NCBI GenBank assembly: GCA_041752695.1
Contig: JBGSVZ010000104.1
Coordinates: 1-64,000, forward strand
Length of the DNA: 64,000 nucleotides
Direction of reading: 5' to 3'
From: Terrimicrobiaceae bacterium
Lineage (GTDB): Bacteria > Verrucomicrobiota > Verrucomicrobiia > Chthoniobacterales > Terrimicrobiaceae
The notes beneath the pieces were generated by a model. The model saw nothing but the letters and a program-made list of their open reading frames with translations. It did no database searches and was not told the origin of the DNA. Position 1 is the stretch's first letter, and each line of letters starts with the position of its first letter. Both the position numbers and the translations under genes were made by a program. Of this stretch, positions 57,615 to 64,000 are shown one piece after another.

Positions 57615-60600
57615 ATGATTTCCGCTTCCGAAAAAGCCCTTCGCGATTTGCTCGCCCAACGCATTGTCATCCTCGATGGAGCCATGGGCACCATGGTGCA
57701 ACGGTACAAACTCGAAGAAGCCGATTATCGCGGGGAACGCTTCGCCGACTGGCCTTCCGATGTGAAGGGCAACAACGACCTCCTCTGCCTGACCAAGCCG
57801 GAGGTCATTCGCGAAATCCACAGCCAGTATATCGAAGCGGGGGCGGATATCATCGAAACGAACACCTTCAGCGCCACGACCATCGCCATGGCCGACTATG
57901 GCATGCAGGCCCTCGTGCCCGATCTCAATCGGGCCGCCGCCAAGGTGGCTCGCGAGGCCGCCGATGCCTGCCAGGACCGCCGGATTTTTGTCGCTGGAGC
58001 CATCGGACCGCTCAACCGCACGCTCACGCTTTCCCGCGATGTCAACGACCCCGGCGCGCGCGATGTCACGTTCGAGCAGGTGGTCACAGCTTACCGCGAA
58101 CAGATCGAAAACCTCGTCGAAGGCGGTGTGGATATCCTCCTCGTCGAAACCATTTTCGACACGCTCAACGCCAAAGCCGCGCTGTACGCCATTGGCGAAT
58201 ATTTTGAAGAAACCGGGAAAAGCCTGCCCGTCATGATCAGCGGCACGATCACCGACCTCAGCGGTCGCACGCTCACCGGCCAGACCGTCGAGGCGTTTCT
58301 CAATTCCATCTCGCACTTCCCCCTGATTTCCGTCGGCCTCAATTGCGCGCTTGGACCCAAGGAAATGCGCCCCTATGTCGAGGAACTTTCGACCAAGGCC
58401 CCGTTTTTCGTCAGCACCTACCCGAACGCCGGCCTGCCCGACCCGCTGTCCGCCACGGGTTTTCCCGAGACCCCGGAATCTCTCGCCCCACAGCTCCGCG
58501 ACTGGGCGGACCAGGGTTGGCTCAACATCCTCGGCGGCTGCTGCGGAACCACGCCGGATCATATCCGCGAAATCGCCAAAGCGGTCCGCTCTTCCAAGCC
58601 GCGCGTTATAACCCCGCAAGACCAAACCCTGCGCCTGAGCGGACTCGAACCTTTCACCGCCCGTCCCGAAATTCCCTTCATCAACATTGGCGAACGCACC
58701 AATGTCACCGGCTCGCCGCGTTTCGCGAAGCTCATCCTCGCCGGGGACTACGACGCCGCCCTCACCGTCGCCCGCCAGCAGGTCGAAGCGGGCGCGCAGA
58801 TCATCGACATCAACATGGACGAAGGCATGCTCGACGGGGTGGCCGCCATGCAGAAATTCTGCAATCTCATCATGGCCGAGCCCGACATCTCGCGCGTGCC
58901 GATCATGGTGGACTCGTCGAAATGGGAGGTCATCGAAGCCGGCCTGCGCTGCATCCAGGGCAAGTGTGTGGTCAATTCGATTTCGCTCAAAGTCGGCGAA
59001 GAGGAGTTCAAAAAACAAGCGACCCTCGTCCGCCGGTACGGGGCCGCTGCCGTCGTGATGGCCTTTGACGAACAGGGCCAGGCCGACAACTACGAACGCC
59101 GCGTCGAGATCTGCGGCCGCGCCTACCGCATCCTCGTCGAGGAAGTCGGCTTTCCGCCCGAGGACATCATTTTCGACCCGAACGTTCTCACCGTCGCCAC
59201 CGGCATTGAGGAACACGCCAACTACGCGAAGGATTTCATCGAGGCCACCCGCTGGATCAAACAGAACCTGCCTTACGCCCGCGTCAGCGGCGGTATTAGC
59301 AATGTCTCGTTTTCCTTTCGCGGCAACAATGCGGTCCGCGAGGCGATGCACTCGTGTTTTCTCTACCACGCCATTCAGGCCGGTCTCGACATGGGCATCG
59401 TCAACGCCGGACAACTCGCCGTTTACGAGGATGTCCCCGCCGATCTGCGCACGCTCATCGAGGATGTGCTCCTCAATCGCCGCGATGACGCCACCGAGCG
59501 CCTGGTCACCTTTGCCGACGAACTGAAAAACAAAGCCAGCGGAACAAAAGCCACCACGGCCGATCTCAGCTGGCGCGAGGGTTCCGTCGAGGAACGGCTC
59601 AAACACGCCCTCATCAAGGGTATCGTGGATTTTGTCGATACCGACACCGAGGAGGCTCTGCAAAAATACGGCAAACCACTCCTCGTCATCGAAGGCCCCC
59701 TCATGGCGGGCATGAGTGTGGTCGGAGATCTTTTTGGCGCAGGCAAAATGTTCCTGCCCCAGGTCGTGAAAAGCGCGCGGGTGATGAAAAAATCCGTCGC
59801 CTGGCTCACTCCGCTCATGGAGGCCGAACGCGCCAGCAATCCTAATAGCCGAACCCAGGGCCGCATCCTGATGGCGACGGTCAAGGGCGATGTCCACGAC
59901 ATCGGGAAAAACATCGTCGGTGTTGTGCTCGCTTGTAACAACTACGAGGTGATCGACATGGGCGTGATGGTGCCCTGCGAAAAAATTCTCGCCACCGCCA
60001 GGGAGAAAAACTGCGACATCATCGGCCTCTCCGGCCTCATCACCCCGTCCCTCGACGAAATGATCCACGTCGCCAAGGAAATGACGCGCGAAGGTTTCAC
60101 CATCCCGCTCATGCTCGGCGGAGCCACCACCAGCAAGGCCCACACGGCCGTGAAAATCCAGCAGCACTACCCGCACGGCGTCGTCCACGTCCTCGACGCC
60201 TCACGCGCCGTCAATGTCGCCAGCTCGCTCCTCAGCCCGGAACAAAAGCCCGACTACCTCGCACAAATTGCGACGGACTACCAAAAGCTCCGCGAAGATC
60301 ACGCCAGCCGGAGCCAGGAAAAAGCCATGCTGAGTTTCGAGGAAGCCAAAGCCCACGCCTTCCGCCTCGACTGGCCCACTGCCGACATCGCCGTGCCGGA
60401 AAAATACGGCGTCCAGGTCTTCGACAACTTTCCCCTCGAGGAACTCGTTCCCTATTTTGACTGGTCGCCGTTCTTCCACGCCTGGGAACTGCGCGGTCGT
60501 TTCCCGGCCATCTTCGAGGACGAGTTTGTCGGCACCGAAGCCAAAACCCTCTACGACGACGCCCGTCGGCTCCTCGACAAAATCGTCGGCGAAAAACTCT

Positions 60601-61319
60601 TCCGCGCCCGCGGCGTCCTCGGCTGCTGGCCCGCCAACTCCACCGGCGAAGACATCGAAATCTACGACCCGTCTTCGATCTCCGATCTCCCATCTCCGAC
60701 ACCCCTCGGCCGATTCCATTGTCTGCGCCAGCAGATGAAAAAACCCGCCGGACAACCCAACTGGTCCCTTGCCGACTTCGTTGCGCCCAAATCCAGCGGC
60801 CGCCTCGACAGCGTCGGAGGCTTTGCCGTCACCGCCGGCCCGGAGGTGCATGAGCTTAGTGAGAAATACAAAGCCGAGCTCGACGATTACAACAGCCTGA
60901 TGGTGAGCGCGCTCGGCGACCGTTTTGCCGAGGCCTTTGCCGAGTGCCTACACAAAAAAGCCCGCGACCTCTGGGGCTTTGGCAAAGAGGAAAACCTGAG
61001 CAAGGAAGAACTGATTAAAGAACACTACCGCGGCATCCGTCCGGCCCCGGGGTATCCATCCCAGCCCGACCACACGGAAAAGCCCGAGCTCTTCCGCCTC
61101 CTCGATGCCACCGCAAACACCGGCATCACCCTCACCGAAAGCATGGCCATGCACCCCGGGAGCAGCGTGAGCGGACTCTATTTCGCCAGCCCGGAAGCCA
61201 AATATTTCGGCGTCGGCAAAATCAACCGCGACCAGGTCGAGGACTATGCGACCCGCAAGGGAATGAAACTTGCTGCCGCGGAAAAGTGGCTTCAGCCGAT
61301 TTTGAATTATGAGACTTGA
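57615..61319 (+). CDS. metH: Cobalamin-dependent methionine synthase
   Basis: [31 protein letters not shown] cobalamin motif and RPAPGYP. Confidence 0.99.
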   Translation: MISASEKALRDLLAQRIVILDGAMGTMVQRYKLEEADYRGERFADWPSDVKGNNDLLCLTKPEVIREIHSQYIEAGADIIETNTFSATTIAMADYGMQALVPDLNRAAAKVAREAADACQDRRIFVAGAIGPLNRTLTLSRDVNDPGARDVTFEQVVTAYREQIENLVEGGVDILLVETIFDTLNAKAALYAIGEYFEETGKSLPVMISGTITDLSGRTLTGQTVEAFLNSISHFPLISVGLNCALGPKEMRPYVEELSTKAPFFVSTYPNAGLPDPLSATGFPETPESLAPQLRDWADQGWLNILGGCCGTTPDHIREIAKAVRSSKPRVITPQDQTLRLSGLEPFTARPEIPFINIGERTNVTGSPRFAKLILAGDYDAALTVARQQVEAGAQIIDINMDEGMLDGVAAMQKFCNLIMAEPDISRVPIMVDSSKWEVIEAGLRCIQGKCVVNSISLKVGEEEFKKQATLVRRYGAAAVVMAFDEQGQADNYERRVEICGRAYRILVEEVGFPPEDIIFDPNVLTVATGIEEHANYAKDFIEATRWIKQNLPYARVSGGISNVSFSFRGNNAVREAMHSCFLYHAIQAGLDMGIVNAGQLAVYEDVPADLRTLIEDVLLNRRDDATERLVTFADELKNKASGTKATTADLSWREGSVEERLKHALIKGIVDFVDTDTEEALQKYGKPLLVIEGPLMAGMSVVGDLFGAGKMFLPQVVKSARVMKKSVAWLTPLMEAERASNPNSRTQGRILMATVKGDVHDIGKNIVGVVLACNNYEVIDMGVMVPCEKILATAREKNCDIIGLSGLITPSLDEMIHVAKEMTREGFTIPLMLGGATTSKAHTAVKIQQHYPHGVVHVLDASRAVNVASSLLSPEQKPDYLAQIATDYQKLREDHASRSQEKAMLSFEEAKAHAFRLDWPTADIAVPEKYGVQVFDNFPLEELVPYFDWSPFFHAWELRGRFPAIFEDEFVGTEAKTLYDDARRLLDKIVGEKLFRARGVLGCWPANSTGEDIEIYDPSSISDLPSPTPLGRFHCLRQQMKKPAGQPNWSLADFVAPKSSGRLDSVGGFAVTAGPEVHELSEKYKAELDDYNSLMVSALGDRFAEAFAECLHKKARDLWGFGKEENLSKEELIKEHYRGIRPAPGYPSQPDHTEKPELFRLLDATANTGITLTESMAMHPGSSVSGLYFASPEAKYFGVGKINRDQVEDYATRKGMKLAAAEKWLQPILNYET
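60670..60697 (-). repeat. Tandem heptamers (GGAGATG/GGAGATC) inside metH
   Basis: Plus strand CGTCTTC GATCTCC GATCTCC CATCTCC, encoding [10 protein letters not shown]. Confidence 0.7.
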
Positions 61320-61404
61320 GCGTTGGGAAGCGCACGCATCCTGCGTCCGCTCCCCGATGACCCAATCACCGCCTATCGAGAAAAACTAACCCATATTCCC
61401 AAAA

Positions 61405-61566
61405 CCTGACGCTGCATGGAATCCCGTGAAAATCGGGAGCAGTCGCGCTGCTGTAACTGGACACAACGTTCCTTATGCCAATCTCCGTTCGCGGAGGTGA
61501 AGGCGGGACGAAGGCCCCTTCCGAAAACCGGAACCCATCCAGGAGCCAGAATACTTCATCGTCAGG
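61405..61566 (+). promoter_or_regulatory. Cobalamin (B12) riboswitch
   Basis: GGAATCCCGTGAAAATCGGGA, GCTGCTGTAA, GCCA...GAAGGC and GAGCCAGAA B12-element motifs; closed by CCTGACG/CGTCAGG pairing. Confidence 0.9.
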
Positions 61567-61703
61567 CACTCATTCGTCCCGGCCCTCCCCACGGCGGCCG
61601 GAACGCCAAACCTTCTTCGCAGAAGCCAAAGAAGAATGAGGATCGCATGGATTTGTCCGCACCCGGACAAGGCCTCCGGTCCTTTGACCCGAGACCCATA
61701 TCC

Positions 61704-62333
61704 ATGAAAAAACTGTTCCTGTTCCTGCTGGCCATCACCGGCTTTTCCCTCACCCCTGCCTTCGCGCAGGTTCTTGTCGGGAGCGGCACCACGTCCTCCT
61801 ATCTTGTCATTGAATCCGCCGACTTCGGCACCCCGCTGGTTTACGAGTTCCGCTACAATTACGACCCGTTGAGTCCGCTGACGACATCGGACATGCTAAT
61901 TGCCGTCGATTTCGCCGCCGCCGATCTTTCATTTGAACTGCTCTATGGCGGGGCATTCCTAAACAGCGTGACGTATCTCTCCCTGACTCTCACGAATAGC
62001 GTGGTCGAACCTTATAGTCCGTTCTGGGCGCAATGGGTGAGCAGCGGCGAATCCGGCGTGCCGCTTGCCCCCATGCCGGACAATGTCTGGAGCGAGGGAT
62101 TTGGGCCGATGAACCGCACGCTCGAACCCGGTTCCTGGGACGGGTTTATCTTTAACGGCGAATATGGTCCGCCGCCCAACTACGCCGTCATCTCTGCTCC
62201 GCCCAGCGTGGCTCCCATTCCCGAGCCAAGCACGGTTGTGCTGCTAGGATTGTCCACGGCAGGAATTTTTCTTTGGCGGAGACGACAGGATGTTGAAGTC
62301 GAGCCTTTAGGCTGCCTCGAAGGCGCACGCTAA
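61704..62333 (+). CDS. PEP-CTERM surface protein, candidate cobalamin-binding domain
   Basis: Signal peptide, FWAQWV...R.L..GSWDG and IPEP-TM-RRR; first gene after the riboswitch. Confidence 0.85.
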   Translation: MKKLFLFLLAITGFSLTPAFAQVLVGSGTTSSYLVIESADFGTPLVYEFRYNYDPLSPLTTSDMLIAVDFAAADLSFELLYGGAFLNSVTYLSLTLTNSVVEPYSPFWAQWVSSGESGVPLAPMPDNVWSEGFGPMNRTLEPGSWDGFIFNGEYGPPPNYAVISAPPSVAPIPEPSTVVLLGLSTAGIFLWRRRQDVEVEPLGCLEGAR

Positions 62334-62336
62334 AGC

Positions 62337-63107
62337 GTGAACTCCAACGGATCCATCTTGCGCCGAAGGGCCTTCAGCCTGATCGAGCTCCTCGTTGCGG
62401 CGGGCATCACGTCCGTCCTGGCCGCGTTGCTCGCCGGCACGGGGTGGAGCGTTTACAAAAATTCTTCGCTAGCCGTTTCGGCCAACAATATCCGCCAGCT
62501 CACGGCGGGGGGCGCGGCGTATCTGGCGGACAATCACTACGTTTTTTGGAAATTTCGCGAGGATCGCAGCACCAATGGATCGGTCTGGTGGTTTGGCTAT
62601 GAAACGACCAAAAGCCGGTTCCACACTCCCGAAGGCCAGAGAACCTTCGATCCTGATGACGGCCCCCTGGCCGGCTACATCCCGGCGGCGGTGCGGCCCG
62701 ATCCCAGCTTTTCCCTCACTGGAAAAGCCTTCAAACCCAAATACAAAAACGGCTACATCGGCGTGGGTTACAACATGCTTCTTTCCGGCACGAATGCGTC
62801 GTATTGGAGGCTGCCCGAGCCTGGCAAAATCGTCGTCTTCGCCACGTCCGCCCAGGTGAACTCCTTTCAACCGCCCGCATCGGCCAAAAATCCGATGATC
62901 GAAGAGTTTTACGGGCTCAATGGCAGCGACGTGACGGTCCATTTTCGTCACGGGAATTCCGCGATGGTCGGCTTCGCGGATGGTTCCGCCGGATTTCTTC
63001 CGATGGACGCCTCGACGAAGGATCCCACCGCGCCCAAAGCCAACATCGGCCGGTTCGCGCCGAAGGGAAGCACCCTTTACCTTCTCCCCCCGGCTACAAC
63101 CCCGTAA
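62337..63107 (+). CDS. Prepilin-type N-methylation / H-X9-DG domain protein
   Basis: RRA-FSLIELLV prepilin site, N..QL and H-GNSAMVGFA-DG motif. Confidence 0.9.
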   Translation: MNSNGSILRRRAFSLIELLVAAGITSVLAALLAGTGWSVYKNSSLAVSANNIRQLTAGGAAYLADNHYVFWKFREDRSTNGSVWWFGYETTKSRFHTPEGQRTFDPDDGPLAGYIPAAVRPDPSFSLTGKAFKPKYKNGYIGVGYNMLLSGTNASYWRLPEPGKIVVFATSAQVNSFQPPASAKNPMIEEFYGLNGSDVTVHFRHGNSAMVGFADGSAGFLPMDASTKDPTAPKANIGRFAPKGSTLYLLPPATTP

Positions 63108-64000
63108 CCCACAGCGCCGCCGCCAGGCTAAGCGCCGAGAGGATCGTGCTGAGGGCGATCGACCCCGAGGCCAGCGCTTCGTCGCCGCCCATTTGTTTGA
63201 CCATGACAAAGGACGCCGCCGCGGTCGGGCACGCCGAAAGGACGAGCGCGATGCGCAGTTCGTGGGGCGCCAGTCCGCAAACACGGCCGAGTCCATAGAT
63301 CAACGACGGCAAGAGGACGACTTTCAATAACGCCGCCACGACAATCCACGACATCCGGCCTCGAAGTGGCGTGGTGGCCAGGGAACCGCCGATACAAAGT
63401 AACGCAATGGGCACTGCCGCCGCACCGAGGGAAGTCAAAGCGCGATCGACAAATGTGGGCAAGACCAGCCCGGTAAACGGCAGGGCCAGCCCGAGCAGAC
63501 CCGCCAGCATCAGAGGGTTGGTGGCGATGCCTTTGCCCACGCGGGTCCAGTCGGCTCCGCCCGTGTGGTGGTTGGGCTGTTGGAGCACAACCACCGCAAG
63601 GATATTGTAGAGCGACATGAGCAGCACCATGACAATGACGGCCGTCGCCATCGCTTTGGCATCCCCGCCCAGACTATAAGCCAGCACAGGAATCCCGATA
63701 TACGCAAGATTGCCCCGGAAGGCCGACTGCATCAGCGTGCCGCGGGCGTGGGCAGGCATGCGCAGAAGAAAACTGACTCCCCAGGCCACCACGGTGATGA
63801 GAAAGGTTCCCGCAATCAGCACCCCGAAGAGCAGCCAGGTCTGAGCCCCCGGCTCGGCGGCGTGATTGGCGGAGGTAAATAGCAAAGCCGGCAGGGCGAT
63901 CCAGAATGCCAGTTTGTTCAGATCTGCCATGAACTCCCGGCCGAGAAACTTGATATGCGCCAGACCCGCGCCAAGAATAATCAGCAGAATCAGCGGGGCG
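63094..64000 (-). CDS. AEC (auxin efflux carrier) family transporter, 5' end outside window
   Basis: ALPALLF, RGN.AYIG.P, NP..LA, AL..IG.SL and PTA motifs; the frame stays open to the window edge. Confidence 0.92.
   Translation of the reverse strand, partial: APLILLIILGAGLAHIKFLGREFMADLNKLAFWIALPALLFTSANHAAEPGAQTWLLFGVLIAGTFLITVVAWGVSFLLRMPAHARGTLMQSAFRGNLAYIGIPVLAYSLGGDAKAMATAVIVMVLLMSLYNILAVVVLQQPNHHTGGADWTRVGKGIATNPLMLAGLLGLALPFTGLVLPTFVDRALTSLGAAAVPIALLCIGGSLATTPLRGRMSWIVVAALLKVVLLPSLIYGLGRVCGLAPHELRIALVLSACPTAAASFVMVKQMGGDEALASGSIALSTILSALSLAAALWVTGL

Noticed and set aside
56928..60188. 1086-aa ORF antisense to metH
   Set aside because: Shadow ORF caused by high GC3 codon bias in metH; no recognisable motifs.

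Overview
High-GC bacterial chromosome segment, most likely Verrucomicrobiota (Spartobacteria/Chthoniobacterales-like). This is inferred from the PEP-CTERM proteins, an H-X9-DG pseudopilin, a long-form IspG and a Bat/MoxR cluster. From left to right: the 3' part of a type I restriction-modification locus (hsdS partial, two inserted hypothetical genes, hsdR); housekeeping genes including rpsL-rpsG without fusA; a ~12 kb carbohydrate-use cluster (GH50, GH5, beta-helix enzyme, CBM, two AraC regulators, PEP-CTERM, one gene relic); a MoxR-DUF58-VWA (Bat-like) operon; sulfatase, desaturase, DEAD-box helicase and infA; the cdsA-dxr...rseP-ispG operon split by a TerC/HPF/NhaR-like/SbtAB/MscL block; a duplicated-looking variable slot upstream of metH; metH; and a cobalamin riboswitch ahead of a PEP-CTERM protein and a pseudopilin. 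The best candidates for undescribed systems are (1) the B12-riboswitch-controlled PEP-CTERM + pseudopilin pair, (2) the ART-like/DUF6575-like gene pair inside the type I RM locus, (3) the tandem cargo-slot architecture marked by a 213-bp and a 43-bp repeat, and (4) heptamer repeats inserted into ispG and metH. No rRNA, tRNA, CRISPR array, integrase or transposase was recognised. Family assignments come from motif recognition by eye, not database searches.
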